A stretch of DNA of 64,000 nt from assembly GCA_046597035.1 (NCBI GenBank), contig JBKJLH010000191.1, positions 5,790 to 69,789 on the forward strand, written 5' to 3'. Each line of letters opens with the position of its first letter. The first letter of the stretch is position 1. Source of the DNA: Lacisediminihabitans sp. (GTDB taxonomy: Bacteria > Actinomycetota > Actinomycetes > Actinomycetales > Microbacteriaceae). The notes under the pieces are model-generated. The model worked only from the letters and a program-made list of their open reading frames with translations, had not been told where the DNA came from and searched no databases. Below, piece after piece: positions 30,350 through 40,986 of the stretch. A program made the position numbers and the translations under genes.

Positions 30350-30423
30350 CTCCGCAAGTGCAGCCCCCGCGAATCCGCCGTACGAGGGCATCCCCGCCTC
30401 GCCCCTCCCCGCCACTCCCCTCC

Positions 30424-30547
30424 CCAGGGGTCAACTTCGCATCTTCCCGGCAACCAGAACGATGCGAAGTTGACCCCTGGCCGAAGGCGACGATGCAAAG
30501 TTGACCCTTGACCCCTGGCGATTCGGATTCAGGGGTCGACCTCGTAC
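30424..30547. repeat. BIME/REP-like cluster of about four palindromic arms
   Basis: Perfect 20-bp IR CCAGGGGTCAACTTCGCATC (30424-30443) / GATGCGAAGTTGACCCCTGG (30461-30480); degenerate arms at 30492-30519 and 30530-30547. Confidence 0.8.
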
Positions 30548-30625
30548 GATGCCCGGATCAGCTCCGCGAATGCGAATTGGTGGCGGCCAGAGCGGAAGCA
30601 TCCAGAGTCGGCCGGTACACTTGCC

Positions 30626-30775
30626 AACGGCCCGTAAGGGCCATCGCCGGGCCGCAGTAACCCCGGGCTCCAATATTCGCCGCTTCGAGCGGCCTAGCGC
30701 CGAGAGGCGTTTCTGCGGCCTGGCACCCCTTTCCGGAGGGAAATGGCCTCAACGCGACCGATTCAGGGCTGAATG
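30626..30775 (+). ncRNA. Putative structured non-coding RNA (family unknown)
   Basis: TACACT -10 at 30616-30621; GNRA hairpins, a 12-bp long-range helix and nested hairpins; strand inferred from the promoter and tetraloops. Confidence 0.55.
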
Positions 30776-30784
30776 CGCCGCAGA

Positions 30785-30811
30785 CCAATCCATTTCGCGC
30801 TCGGTGGCGAA
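30785..30811 (+). promoter_or_regulatory. Candidate SigK-type promoter CCAATCC-N16-CGAA
   Basis: Resembles the mycobacterial SigK CCATCC/CCGAA elements; upstream of sigK. Confidence 0.4.
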
Positions 30812-30967
30812 CTCCAGTTGTGACCCGCACAGACGCAACGGCATCGAACGCACAGAGAAGCTGTTACGCCTGCGTAGGTCGCACACAATTGAATATCGAG
30901 GTATTCGAAAAGTCACTCGACTCGAGTAACTTTTCGGTACCGCGTACGCTTACCCGGATTGTTTGCG

Positions 30968-31573
30968 ATGCTTAAGCTCGTGCCCCGTGAAACCGACCGC
31001 AGCCAGGACTATCAGTCCATGGATAAACCTGCGACAAAAGAGACCATGCTCGCGCAGATTGCGGGCGGGGATCAGGCGGCTTTCGGAGCGCTCTACGACG
31101 AAATCTCCCCGAGAGTATTCGGGCTGATCCGTCGTCTGCTGGTGGATCACTCGCAATCAGAAGAAGTGACCCAGGAGGTATTCCTGGAGATCTGGCAGAA
31201 CGCGTCACGGTACGAGCCGAACAAAGGCGGGGCATCCACCTGGATCCTCACCATGGCTCACCGGCGCGCGGTCGACCGCATCCGGTCTTCGCAGTCCGGT
31301 CGTGATCGTGACGTGAAGATCGGTATCCGAGATTACGTGTCCGACTACGACAATGTCGCGGACACGGTAGAAACAACTATTGAACACGAAAGGGTGAAGG
31401 AAGCCATGTCGCAATTGACCGAACTGCAGCGTCAGGCCGTCACCCTGGCGTACTACGGCGGATATAGCCACAGTGAAGTGGCGGCAATGCTCAAGGTGCC
31501 CATCGGCACCGTGAAAACACGACTACGCGACGGCATGATCCGTCTGCGCGACGAATTGGGGGTGGCATCGTGA
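30968..31573 (+). CDS. sigK: ECF sigma factor SigK
   Basis: EEVTQEVFLEIW, AHRRAVDRIRSSQ, VPIGTVKTRLRDG; followed by rskA. Confidence 0.88.
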   Translation: MLKLVPRETDRSQDYQSMDKPATKETMLAQIAGGDQAAFGALYDEISPRVFGLIRRLLVDHSQSEEVTQEVFLEIWQNASRYEPNKGGASTWILTMAHRRAVDRIRSSQSGRDRDVKIGIRDYVSDYDNVADTVETTIEHERVKEAMSQLTELQRQAVTLAYYGGYSHSEVAAMLKVPIGTVKTRLRDGMIRLRDELGVAS

Positions 31574-32439
31574 CCGATCGCGAGGAATTACATCTCCTGA
31601 GTGGCGCGTATGCGCTGAATGCACTCGACGGTGACGAGAAGGGTCGGTTCGAGGCGTACCTGCTGACATCCGAAGAGGCGCGGGCGGAGGTGGCTTCATT
31701 GTCTGACACAGCGGTAATGATCGGACTCTCGACCAACTCGGTCGCGCCTCCCGCCGACCTCAAAGCCCGACTGATGGCCCAAATCGCCGTGACGCCGCAG
31801 CTCGCGCCGCTTCCGGCGGTGCGCCCGCTGTTGACGGCGGTACCCCCGGTTTCGACCGGCACCACGTCTTCGCGGGAAACATCACAGGAGATGAAGTCAC
31901 AGCAGGATGCCGCGGCCACAGCCATCCGCACAGCGAGCCTCGGCACATCCTCACGAGCCATGACGAAGGCTGCCTCTCACTGGTACACCCGTCCGGCGTC
32001 GATCCTGGTAGCCGCGGCCGCTGCCGTCGCGCTGTTCGTCGGAGGCAACGTGCTCGGGCTGTCGGCGGCAAACGAATCTCAGCAGCAAGCCGCGGCCATC
32101 TCATCCATCGTGTCGGCGAGCGACTCCCAGCGGGCGAAGGCGGATGTCGCCGGCGGCGGCAAGGCCACGTTCGTCTGGTCCGTCGGCCTCAGGCAGTCCG
32201 CTGTGGTTATCGATCAGCTTCCGAAGCTCGCCGATAGCAAAACCTACGAACTCTGGTATATCGATAAGGCGTCCAGGGCGACTCCGGCCGGAACATTCAA
32301 CGCTGCGTCTTCCGGTACGACGGTGAAGCTGCTCTCGGGCGCGATGACCGAGGGGGATACCCTCGGCATCACAGTCGAACCGAGCGGGGGTTCTCAGGCG
32401 CCGACCACCGCACCGATCGTGGCAGTCCCGAGCGCCTGA
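31570..32439 (+). CDS. rskA: Anti-sigma-K factor RskA
   Basis: LSGAYALNALD..E...FE N-terminus, one TM, KTYELWYI, GITVEPSGGS..PT. Confidence 0.88.
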   Translation: MTDREELHLLSGAYALNALDGDEKGRFEAYLLTSEEARAEVASLSDTAVMIGLSTNSVAPPADLKARLMAQIAVTPQLAPLPAVRPLLTAVPPVSTGTTSSRETSQEMKSQQDAAATAIRTASLGTSSRAMTKAASHWYTRPASILVAAAAAVALFVGGNVLGLSAANESQQQAAAISSIVSASDSQRAKADVAGGGKATFVWSVGLRQSAVVIDQLPKLADSKTYELWYIDKASRATPAGTFNAASSGTTVKLLSGAMTEGDTLGITVEPSGGSQAPTTAPIVAVPSA

Positions 32440-32484
32440 GCCCCTGATCCCGGTTGGTCGGGCAGGTCGCCGGTGTCGCGGTGA

Positions 32485-33264
32485 TCATCCGAACTTGCCG
32501 GATACGTAGTCCTCCGTGGCCTGAACGCTCGGCCTCGAGAAGATCGTGTTGGTGTCGTTGTACTCGATGAGCTTCCCGGGCTTGCCGGTGCCAGCGATGT
32601 TGAAGAATGCGGTGCGGTCGGACACGCGTGAGGCCTGCTGCATATTATGGGTCACGATGACGATCGTGTACTCCAGCTTGAGCTCTTCGATAAGGTCTTC
32701 GATTGCGAGCGTCGAGATCGGGTCGAGGGCCGAGCACGGTTCGTCCATGAGCACGACGTCGGGCTGGACTGCGATTGCACGCGCAATGCAGAGGCGTTGT
32801 TGTTGGCCGCCGGAAAGGCCCGAACCGGGCAGGGCGAGGCGGTCCTTGACCTCATTCCACAGGTTCGCGCTCCGGAGGGATTTCTCCACGAGCGAATCGG
32901 CATCACTCTTGGAGATGCCGCGGTTGTTGAGTTTGACGCCGGCGAGAACATTGTCTCGGATCGACATTGTCGGGAACGGGTTCGGCCGCTGGAAGACCAT
33001 GCCGACCTGACGTCGCACGAGTACGGGATCGACGCCGGGTCCGTAAAGGTCGTTCCCGTCGATGAGCACCTCGCCTTCCACACGGGCACCGGGGATCACC
33101 TCGTGCATGCGGTTGAGTGTGCGGAGGAAGGTGGACTTGCCGCAGCCGCTCGGGCCGATGAATGCGGTGACCGTACGGGGTTCAATGGAGAGTGTCACAT
33201 CCTCCACGGCCTTGAACTTGCCGTAGTAGACATTCAGATCGTTGACTTCGATGCGCTTGGACAT
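32485..33264 (-). CDS. pstB: Phosphate ABC transporter ATPase
   Basis: [40 protein letters not shown]. Confidence 0.97.
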   Translation of the reverse strand: MSKRIEVNDLNVYYGKFKAVEDVTLSIEPRTVTAFIGPSGCGKSTFLRTLNRMHEVIPGARVEGEVLIDGNDLYGPGVDPVLVRRQVGMVFQRPNPFPTMSIRDNVLAGVKLNNRGISKSDADSLVEKSLRSANLWNEVKDRLALPGSGLSGGQQQRLCIARAIAVQPDVVLMDEPCSALDPISTLAIEDLIEELKLEYTIVIVTHNMQQASRVSDRTAFFNIAGTGKPGKLIEYNDTNTIFSRPSVQATEDYVSGKFG

Positions 33265-33290
33265 TGATTCCGTTCAGGGGTCGAGAGGAG

Positions 33291-34376
33291 CTAACGGCCG
33301 AGCTTCGGCGAGAAGATTCTGGCGATGGAACGGGCAATGAGGTTGAGGAGCATCACCAGCAGTATGAGGGTTAGCGCGGACGCCCACGCTCTGTCGAGGA
33401 AGTCGCTCGCAGCGGGCCCCTGGTTCGCATACTGGGTATAGGTGAACATGGGAAGTGTCATCATCTGGTTTTTGAATGGGTCATAGTTCATTCCGGCGGT
33501 GAAACCGGTGATGAGAAGCAGGGGAGCTGTTTCGCCGATGACCCGAGCCACTGCCAGCATTACACCGGTGGTGATTCCTGCGATGGCGGTGGGAACGACG
33601 ATTTTCAATACTGTCAACCACTTCGGTACTCCGAGGGCATAGGACGCTTCCCGCAGTTCATTGGGGACCAGCTTGAGAATTTCTTCCGACGAGCGCACCA
33701 CGATGGGAACCATAATCACCGAAAGCGCAACAGCGCCCCCGAATCCCGAACGGTATCCCGGGTCGCCGGTAATAAGCAGGAAAAGTGCGTAGGCGAAGAG
33801 GCCGGCCACGATCGACGGGATACCGGTCATGACGTCGATCATGAAAGTGATTGTACGAGCGAGTACACCGCGGCCGTATTCGACGATGTAAATAGAAGTG
33901 AGAAGACCGATCGGTACCGAGATCGCGGTAGCGATAAGGGTGATCTCGAGGGAGCCGACGACCGCGTGAAGTGCTCCACCCTCCGGGCCGAGTACGTTGC
34001 GCATCGAGCTACCGAAGAACGACGGCTGGAGCATTCTCGGCAGGCCGTTGAGCACCACCGTGTAGACGAGTGACACCAGCGGCAGCAGGGCGAGGATAAA
34101 AGCGGTGCCGACGAGAGAGGTGACCAGTCGATCCGTGGCCTGGCGCGCACCCTCCACCAGGCGGGACAGCGTGTAGATAAGCACGTCGAAAAGGATTGTT
34201 CCGAGGAAGAGTGCTCCGACGAGATTGAACTGTTTCGTTCCGCCCGCGAGTTGCACAAAGAGGAACACGATACCCAACACGACCCAGCTCCCCGCCAGAA
34301 CCATCCAGGCAGACCCGCGCGGCAGCCTGCCGGCGGTGAGGGAATTGCTGACCGGGCCGAGGGTCATCGTTGCCAT
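33291..34376 (-). CDS. pstA: Phosphate ABC permease
   Basis: GIPSIVAGLF, LREASYALG, ARVIGETAPL. Confidence 0.95.
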   Translation of the reverse strand: MATMTLGPVSNSLTAGRLPRGSAWMVLAGSWVVLGIVFLFVQLAGGTKQFNLVGALFLGTILFDVLIYTLSRLVEGARQATDRLVTSLVGTAFILALLPLVSLVYTVVLNGLPRMLQPSFFGSSMRNVLGPEGGALHAVVGSLEITLIATAISVPIGLLTSIYIVEYGRGVLARTITFMIDVMTGIPSIVAGLFAYALFLLITGDPGYRSGFGGAVALSVIMVPIVVRSSEEILKLVPNELREASYALGVPKWLTVLKIVVPTAIAGITTGVMLAVARVIGETAPLLLITGFTAGMNYDPFKNQMMTLPMFTYTQYANQGPAASDFLDRAWASALTLILLVMLLNLIARSIARIFSPKLGR

Positions 34377-35317
34377 TAGTTCGCTCCAGAAAAGGCTTTG
34401 CGACGGTTGACTGCAACGCGGGCGATCGCGTTCACGATAAAGGTGATGACGAACAATACGAGGCCCGTGGCAATGAGTGTGTTTACGGCCACACCGCTCG
34501 CCTCCGGGAATTGGAGGGCGATGTTCCCGGCGATGGTGTTCGGATTCTGGGTGGTGAGCAGAAAGAACGACACGACCCTCGCTGGAGAGAGCACCATCGC
34601 AACCGCGAGGGTCTCCCCGAGTGCGCGACCGAGGCCGAGCATTGTCGCGGAAATAATCCCGGCGCGTGCGAAGGGGAGTACGGCAATACGGATCATTTCC
34701 CAGCGCGTCGCGCCGAGGGCGAGGGCAGCTTCTTCGTGCAGTCGAGGGGCCTGGAGGAAGACTTCGCGGCTGACCGCCGTCATGATGGGCAAGATCATCA
34801 CCGCGAGCACTATCGCCACTGTGAGAACGGTGCGACCCGTGCCGGAGACTCTACCGTCGAAGAGAGGGAACCAGCCCACGTTGGCGCTGAGCCACGCGTA
34901 GAACGGCTGAACCAATGGTGCGAGGACGCCGATGCCCCAAAGCCCGAAGACAACCGATGGGACCGCGGCCAGCAGGTCGATGACGTAGCCGAGCACCGGT
35001 GAGATGCGACGCGGCGCATAGTGCGAGATGAAAAGAGCGACGCCGATGGAGACGGGGACCGCAATGACCAGGGCGATGGCCGCTGCCCAGACGGTGCCGA
35101 ATACCAGCGGCCATACGTAGACCCAGAAGTTGGCGGCACCGAGGGGGAGGGTTCCGGGCTTCGCCACGAACGCGGGGATACTCTCGCCGACAAGAAAAAT
35201 GGCAACAGCAGCGAGGACCAGCAGGATGATCGAGCCGGCGACGATGGTGCTACTGGAGAAGATGCGATCGCCCAGTCGGACTTTGGCCCTGATCGCCCCT
35301 GATGTCCCGGTAGTCAT
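34376..35317 (-). CDS. pstC: Phosphate ABC permease
   Basis: LLAAVPSVVFGLWG, EAALALGATRWE, GRALGETLAV. Confidence 0.95.
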   Translation of the reverse strand: MTTGTSGAIRAKVRLGDRIFSSSTIVAGSIILLVLAAVAIFLVGESIPAFVAKPGTLPLGAANFWVYVWPLVFGTVWAAAIALVIAVPVSIGVALFISHYAPRRISPVLGYVIDLLAAVPSVVFGLWGIGVLAPLVQPFYAWLSANVGWFPLFDGRVSGTGRTVLTVAIVLAVMILPIMTAVSREVFLQAPRLHEEAALALGATRWEMIRIAVLPFARAGIISATMLGLGRALGETLAVAMVLSPARVVSFFLLTTQNPNTIAGNIALQFPEASGVAVNTLIATGLVLFVITFIVNAIARVAVNRRKAFSGAN

Positions 35318-35421
35318 GATGCTGTGCGCCTACCTCACGGAATGTAAAGAAACAGTAGATTTTCCGAGCAAACCGGCTTGAGCTGTGCAATCACAGCTCA
35401 AGCCGGTTTGTGGGATTGTGA

Positions 35422-36519
35422 TTACTTGATGGTAGCGATTGATTTGGTGACCTTGGCGGCAAGGTCGCTCGCGAGAGGCGCGGACTTCGCTTGGTCGGAA
35501 CCTGCCTTCTGCCCAGCGGAACTCGCTACATAGGTCGCGAAGGCCTTGACGAGCTCCGACTGCGCCGGGTTTGCGTAGGTCTGGCACACGATCAGGTAGC
35601 TCACGAGGGCGATGGGCCATGCGCCGGCGGTGGTGTTCTTGCGGTCGATGGCGATGGCGAGATCATTGGTCGGTCGGCTGCTCTGGAGCGGCGACGCCGC
35701 TACGACGGCTGCGGCGCCCTTCGTGCTGATCTTCTCGTAGGTACTTCCTACCTTGAGCTGCGCGATGTCAAGGGTGCCGGCGGCAGACTGGTCGGCGTAT
35801 CCAATGCTGTTGGCGGCCGCAGTGACCGCTGAAACGACGCCTTGATTGCCCTTGGACGCGTCACCGATCGAGTACGGGTAGGTCTGTCCCGACGGCTTGT
35901 CCCAGACGGATCCGGCAACGGTGGCCAGATAGTCGGTGAAGTTCTGCGTCGTTCCCGAATCGTCAGAACGATGCACAACAGCGATCGCTGCGTCGGGAAG
36001 TTTCGCTCCCGAGTTTTGCGAGGCGATGGCCGGATCATTCCACTTGGTGATCGTGCCCTTGAAGATTCCGGCGATGGACGCCGCGTCGAGTTTCAAGTCT
36101 TTGACGCCGGCGACGTTGTAGATCACGCCGATCGGCGAGATGTAGACGGGCAGGTCGATCGCCTTGCTGGTGGCGGCGCAGCTGGCAAAGGTTCCGGTGA
36201 GCTCCGTGGCGTTGAGTGCGGCGTCCGAGCCGGCAAAGTCAGCCGATCCGCCGATGAAGGCTTTGCGGCCGGCGCCGGAACCCTGGGAGTTGTAGTTGAC
36301 GGTGACCTTCGGGTTGGAAGTCTGGAAACCGGCGACCCAGGCGGCCTCCGCATCCGCCTGAGCGGAGGATCCGATGCCGTTCAGCGTTCCGCTGAGCTTG
36401 CTGACCGGGGCTGCGGACCCGGATGTGGACGGTGTTGCCTCGTTTGCTGCGCACGAGGACAGGACGATGGTGGCTGCGACAGCAATGGCAGCGACGCTAC
36501 CAAAACGCGTGATGTTCAC
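35422..36519 (-). CDS. pstS: Phosphate-binding lipoprotein
   Basis: Lipobox LSSC, GSSAQ, GSGAG, HRSDDSGTT, WPIALVSY. Confidence 0.95.
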   Translation of the reverse strand: MNITRFGSVAAIAVAATIVLSSCAANEATPSTSGSAAPVSKLSGTLNGIGSSAQADAEAAWVAGFQTSNPKVTVNYNSQGSGAGRKAFIGGSADFAGSDAALNATELTGTFASCAATSKAIDLPVYISPIGVIYNVAGVKDLKLDAASIAGIFKGTITKWNDPAIASQNSGAKLPDAAIAVVHRSDDSGTTQNFTDYLATVAGSVWDKPSGQTYPYSIGDASKGNQGVVSAVTAAANSIGYADQSAAGTLDIAQLKVGSTYEKISTKGAAAVVAASPLQSSRPTNDLAIAIDRKNTTAGAWPIALVSYLIVCQTYANPAQSELVKAFATYVASSAGQKAGSDQAKSAPLASDLAAKVTKSIATIK

Positions 36520-36608
36520 AGGTTTCCCTTCGGGAGTTTGAAAACAGGACATGGGCCGGTGCCGACCCCTCAGCGAGACTACAAAGCCTCATTGACCAGA
36601 CCTTGCCC

Positions 36609-36630
36609 GGGAGGTTAACGAGGGGTTAAC
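36609..36630 (-). promoter_or_regulatory. PHO-box-like direct repeat upstream of pstS
   Basis: GTTAACCCCTC-GTTAACCTCCC, 11-nt period. Confidence 0.7.
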
Positions 36631-36651
36631 GGCACCCCAACAATCGGTGCT

Positions 36652-37602
36652 TCAGGGAAACGCGGGGCCGTGAGTCTCGACGGCCACGAGGGGGGCATCC
36701 GGATGCTCTGATGACACGTGCATCACCGTGAATTCGGAGGTCGACAGCATGCCGGCGCGGCGAAGTGGAGCATCGAGCGGAGTGTTCGTCAGGGCTGCGG
36801 TCTCGTCGATCATCTCGGGGATCACCGGACCGTGGCTGCACAGCACGACCGCGACTCCGGCGGCCAGGCGCTTGCGCATGGTCTTCCGCACCCGGGCGGC
36901 ACCGTCTTCGTAGGCGTCTTGGCTGATGCCGGAGGAGTGCTTCACCGGTAGTCCGGTGAGGGTTGCGACCGGTTCGATGGTCGCGAGACAGCGCACGGCG
37001 GTGCTGCTGATGAGTTTCGCCGGCGCCCAGGCCGCAATGGCCGGAGCAACGCTCCGGGACTGCTCGAGACCACGGTGCAGCAGGGGACGTGTCGCATCCG
37101 GTCCATCCCAGCTGGCCGGGGGTACGGCGCGACCGTGACGCAACACGATGATCGGGAAGGTACGGATGGTGCCAGCATTCACGCGCGCCGAGAACCGGTC
37201 GAGAATATCGCGGTCGAGTTCGTAGCTGAGTGCCGCCCGGGCCGCTTTGACCGATAGCCATTCGACCGCGCCGACCTCTTTGTTGGCGACGAAAGTGGAC
37301 TCGGCGACGGCCGCTTCCGACACTTCCGCCGACCAGTAGTGCACGATCTTTTCGCGCCCTCCTGGCATCGTGTACTCGGTCGTGCCGAGCGGCGCACCGA
37401 GCGCGATCGTGAGTCCGGTCTCCTCGGCGATCTCCCGAACGGCGGTTTGCGGGGGAGTTTCCCCGGGATCGACCTTGCCCTTGGGAATGGAGACGTCGGC
37501 GCGGTCGCCCCGGTGAATAACCAGCACTTCGATGCCGCTCCGGGTTTCGCGCCAGCAGACCGCTCCCGCTGCCTGCACGACCGCGGGGCCGGTGAGCGTC
37601 AC
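36652..37602 (-). CDS. NUDIX hydrolase-histidine phosphatase fusion (MutT1-like)
   Basis: Nudix box G-x5-E...REIAEETG, plus RHG and SHG motifs. Confidence 0.88.
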   Translation of the reverse strand: MTLTGPAVVQAAGAVCWRETRSGIEVLVIHRGDRADVSIPKGKVDPGETPPQTAVREIAEETGLTIALGAPLGTTEYTMPGGREKIVHYWSAEVSEAAVAESTFVANKEVGAVEWLSVKAARAALSYELDRDILDRFSARVNAGTIRTFPIIVLRHGRAVPPASWDGPDATRPLLHRGLEQSRSVAPAIAAWAPAKLISSTAVRCLATIEPVATLTGLPVKHSSGISQDAYEDGAARVRKTMRKRLAAGVAVVLCSHGPVIPEMIDETAALTNTPLDAPLRRAGMLSTSEFTVMHVSSEHPDAPLVAVETHGPAFP

Positions 37603-39776
37603 CGCACGACCCCGGTCCGCTTTTTCTGGGACACCTGTCGCATCAGCACATTCTGCATGTCCTCGAGCAGCGACCCGTCTTCCGCCCGGTAATGGCGTGT
37701 CCAGCTTCCAGTGGCCGCGAGCGTCCAGTGGGCGATGTCATCCGACATGGCGAGGTCGAACAGGTCTTCGATCTCGCGCAGATGCTCGGGGTTCGTGAGC
37801 CGCACCAGCGCCTCGACCCGGCGATCCAGGTTGCGGTGCATCAGGTCGGCACTTCCGATGTAGACCTGCGGGTCGCCGCCGTTGATAAAGGAGAAGATGC
37901 GGGAGTGCTCGAGGTAGCGTCCGAGAATCGACCGCACTTCGATGTTCCCGCTCAGTCCTTCGACTCCCGGCTTCACTCCACAGATGCCGCGGACCACCAG
38001 CTCGATGGGCACACCGGCTTCGCTAGCTCGATAGAGGGCATCGATGATTGACTCGTCGACGATCGAGTTGAGTTTGATGCGGATGCCGGAGGGCATGCCG
38101 TTGCGCGCGTTGTCGGCCTCGATGCGGATGCGTTTGATCAGGCCCTTGCGCAGGTGCAGCGGGGCCACGAGCAGTCGCTTGAATTTCTTCTCGATGGCAT
38201 AGCCCGAGAGCTCGTTGAACAAGCGAGTGAGGTCCTTGCCGACGGTGCTGCTCGCGGTGAGAAGCCCGAAGTCTTCGTAGATGCGGCTGGTCTTGGGGTT
38301 GTAGTTACCCGTGCCGATGTGGCTGTAGTGCTTGAGAACACCACTCTCCTGGCGGATCACGAGCGCCAGCTTGCAGTGCGTTTTGAGCCCGACGAGGCCG
38401 TAGACCACGTGAACGCCGGCCTTCTCGAGCTTGCGCGCCCAGGAGATGTTGGCCGATTCATCGAAGCGGGCCTTGATCTCGACCAGGGCGAGCACCTGCT
38501 TGCCGGACTCGGCGGCCTGGATGAGCGCCTCGACGATCGGGCTGTCACCGGAGGTGCGATAGAGGGTCTGCTTGATGGCGAGCACGTCGGGATCTGCCGC
38601 GGCCTGCTCGAGAAAGGCCTGCACGCTGGTGGCGAAGGACTCGTAGGGGTGGTGGAGCAGGATGTCCTGGCGCGCGATCGATCCGAAGATATCCGGTGCC
38701 GCGTTCGGTTCCAGCGGCATCAGCTGGGCCGCTGTCGTCGGCACATGTTTGCGGTATTTGAGCGTCGGGCGATCTATCTTGTTCAGTTCGAAAAGTCCGC
38801 CGAGGTCGAGTGGAGCGGGAAGCCGATAGACCTCCGAGTCGGTGATGTCCAGCTCGCGCACCAGGAGGTTGAGGGTGAGATCATCCATATCGTCAGTGAT
38901 CTCGAGTCGGATCGGGGGGCCGAACCGCCGGCGCAGCAGCTCGCGCTCGAGGGTCTGGATGAGGTTTTCCGACTCATCTTCCTCGAGCACGACATCCTCG
39001 TTGCGGGTGACTCGGAACTCGTGGTGGTCGAGTACCTCCATGCCGGGGAACAGGTCACCGAGGTGGTTGGAGATGAGGTCTTCGAGCGGGATGAAACGCA
39101 GGAGGCCGCTGCCGTCATCCGGGAGCTGCACGAAGCGCGGGAGCATCGGCGGCACCTTGAGTCGCGCGAACTCGTCCTTACCGATCTTGGGATTGCGCAC
39201 CCGGATCGACAGGTTGAGCGAGAGTCCGGAGATATAGGGGAACGGATGCGCCGGGTCCACGGCGAGTGGCATCAGCACGGGGAAGATCCGGGCGGCGAAG
39301 ATCTGGTCGAGCAAGTCACGATCGGCCTGCCCGAGGTCGGCCCAGGTCTCGATGTGGATGCCGGCGTCGTCGAGCTCCGGCTTGACGAGCTCGCGGAACG
39401 CCAGGGCGTGGCGGGCCTGCAGCTCATGCACGCGATCCTGGATGATCGCGAGCACGTCGCTTGGCGCGGCCCCGATGTTGGTGGGCACGGCGAGACCGGT
39501 GAGGATGCGGCGCTTGAGTCCCGCAATTCGCACCATGAAGAACTCGTCGAGGTTACTCGCGAAGATCGCGAGGAAGTTCGCCCGCTCGAGAAGCGGGAGT
39601 TCCGGGTCTTCGGCGAGTTCGAGCACACGGGTGTTGAACGCCAGCCAGCTCAGCTCCCGGTCGAGGTATCGCTCCGGCGGAAGGGTGCCGTCATCGACCC
39701 AGGACGACTCGTAATCGTCGTCATCGAGACTGTCGGTGGCCAAACCAGCGTCGCCAAGGTACGTCTCGTTGCTCAT
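37599..39776 (-). CDS. ppk1: Polyphosphate kinase 1
   Basis: [53 protein letters not shown]. Confidence 0.97.
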   Translation of the reverse strand: MSNETYLGDAGLATDSLDDDDYESSWVDDGTLPPERYLDRELSWLAFNTRVLELAEDPELPLLERANFLAIFASNLDEFFMVRIAGLKRRILTGLAVPTNIGAAPSDVLAIIQDRVHELQARHALAFRELVKPELDDAGIHIETWADLGQADRDLLDQIFAARIFPVLMPLAVDPAHPFPYISGLSLNLSIRVRNPKIGKDEFARLKVPPMLPRFVQLPDDGSGLLRFIPLEDLISNHLGDLFPGMEVLDHHEFRVTRNEDVVLEEDESENLIQTLERELLRRRFGPPIRLEITDDMDDLTLNLLVRELDITDSEVYRLPAPLDLGGLFELNKIDRPTLKYRKHVPTTAAQLMPLEPNAAPDIFGSIARQDILLHHPYESFATSVQAFLEQAAADPDVLAIKQTLYRTSGDSPIVEALIQAAESGKQVLALVEIKARFDESANISWARKLEKAGVHVVYGLVGLKTHCKLALVIRQESGVLKHYSHIGTGNYNPKTSRIYEDFGLLTASSTVGKDLTRLFNELSGYAIEKKFKRLLVAPLHLRKGLIKRIRIEADNARNGMPSGIRIKLNSIVDESIIDALYRASEAGVPIELVVRGICGVKPGVEGLSGNIEVRSILGRYLEHSRIFSFINGGDPQVYIGSADLMHRNLDRRVEALVRLTNPEHLREIEDLFDLAMSDDIAHWTLAATGSWTRHYRAEDGSLLEDMQNVLMRQVSQKKRTGVVR

Positions 39777-39815
39777 ACCTAAATCATTGCACCTTGCCTG
39801 TGGCGCGGATCGCGA

Positions 39816-39837
39816 GCAGTATTAACGCCGGATTAAC
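39816..39837 (-). promoter_or_regulatory. PHO-box-like direct repeat upstream of ppk1
   Basis: GTTAATCCGGC-GTTAATACTGC, 11-nt period. Confidence 0.6.
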
Positions 39838-39965
39838 GGGCGCGCCCCGGGCGAATTTCGTGACCCGAGAGTTGCGGTCTCTCCCTGCCAGGAAAACTCC
39901 CGGCGCGCCGAAGTGGGCGCCGTCGGACACGTGCCCGGCGGCAGCGTCCGGCCTCGCCCCGCGGC

Positions 39966-40041
39966 AAATGCAGGATGAATTTTCCGACACGCGGCCCGGA
40001 GCATTCTCTGCGCGGCGTGTCGTTTCACATTTCCTGCATTT
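39966..40041. repeat. Long imperfect intergenic hairpin
   Basis: AAATGCAGGA/TCCTGCATTT outer arms and CGACACGC/GCGTGTCG inner arms. Confidence 0.65.
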
Positions 40042-40149
40042 CAAACTTGGGTACGTGCAGGCGTGCAGGCGTGCAGGGGTGTGGAGGTGCACGCGGCTGG
40101 CAGCCCCCGAGCCAAGCGGGATCGTCTCTTTCCGGCGAGCGACGGCGGG

Positions 40150-40986
40150 CTACCGGCGCGCGTACTGGATGTCGACGGAGTGCTCCGTGAACCCGAGCGA
40201 GCGGTAGAGGCCGATCGCGGGCACATTATCCGACTCCACATACAGAGCTGCCGTGTGGATGCCGCGGGCGGCGAGCTGCGCGAATCCGGCATCCATGAGT
40301 CGGCGGCCGAGCCCCCCACCCTGTCGCTCCGGATCGACACCGACCACATAGAACTCGCCGATGCCCTCCTCGATCTTCAACCAGCAGTATCCGACGAGGG
40401 CATCGCCGTCTCGGCTGACGATGAAGTCGTCGGCGTCGAACCATGGCTCGGTCTCCAGCTCGGCGAGACCGGCAATCGTCACGGAACCCTGTTCGGGGTG
40501 GAATGCGAAGGCCTTCGCATTGAGGGCTACCCATGCCGCGTCGTCGGTGCCGGGGCGGAAACGTTCGAAATCGGGCGCAGTTCGCGCCATCACGGGCATC
40601 CGCAATTGCAGTAGTCGCCGCACCGGTAACAATCCGTGGCCTGCGGCGAGAGCGCGGGCGGCCGGATGATCCCCGTGCGCCCAAATTCTCACGCCAGCCT
40701 CGCATCGCTCCAGGAGTCGCTCGAGAAGCCGGGTGCCGAGACCGGCGCCGCGCTCGGACGGATCCACCACGAACTCGGCTTCAGCAGGCGAATAGATGGC
40801 TGCGGAGTAAGCGTGCGCGGCTCCGTCCAGCTCGAGCAGTTGCTTCTCGCCGGCACGCAGTTGCGCGAGCGAGCCGTCCGAGAACGGCGGTTGACCGTCG
40901 GCATCCCTTGCCCGCTCGATGAGTCGGGCGAGGGACTCAGGAATTGACGGTCTGGGCAAGGCGTTCGGTGTCGTCTTCGTACACAT
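40150..40986 (-). CDS. mshD: Mycothiol synthase (start uncertain, possibly 40959)
   Basis: Two GNAT repeats; [37 protein letters not shown]; syntenic with glnR. Confidence 0.9.
   Translation of the reverse strand: MCTKTTPNALPRPSIPESLARLIERARDADGQPPFSDGSLAQLRAGEKQLLELDGAAHAYSAAIYSPAEAEFVVDPSERGAGLGTRLLERLLERCEAGVRIWAHGDHPAARALAAGHGLLPVRRLLQLRMPVMARTAPDFERFRPGTDDAAWVALNAKAFAFHPEQGSVTIAGLAELETEPWFDADDFIVSRDGDALVGYCWLKIEEGIGEFYVVGVDPERQGGGLGRRLMDAGFAQLAARGIHTAALYVESDNVPAIGLYRSLGFTEHSVDIQYARR

Noticed and set aside
30424-30547. Repeat cluster as a CRISPR array
   Set aside because: Arms are inverted and irregularly spaced, there are no unique spacers of constant length, and there are no cas genes
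30501-30929. ORFs over the sigK upstream gap (30501-30929 +, 30431-30673 -, 30558-30830 -)
   Set aside because: Low-complexity Arg/Pro/Gly translations across repeats and hairpins; an RNA structure explains the region better
33291-36519. Slightly AT-richer codons in the pst genes as evidence of horizontal transfer
   Set aside because: Impression by eye only, and the genes sit in the expected conserved neighbourhood
38154-39782. Long antisense ORFs (also 16485-18119, 55219-56547, 56551-58272, 42543-43859)
   Set aside because: Shadow ORFs opposite or overlapping clear genes, expected from high-GC codon bias; no motifs
40054-40077. CGTGCAGG x3 as a phase-variable SSR
   Set aside because: Only three units, intergenic and far from a mapped promoter
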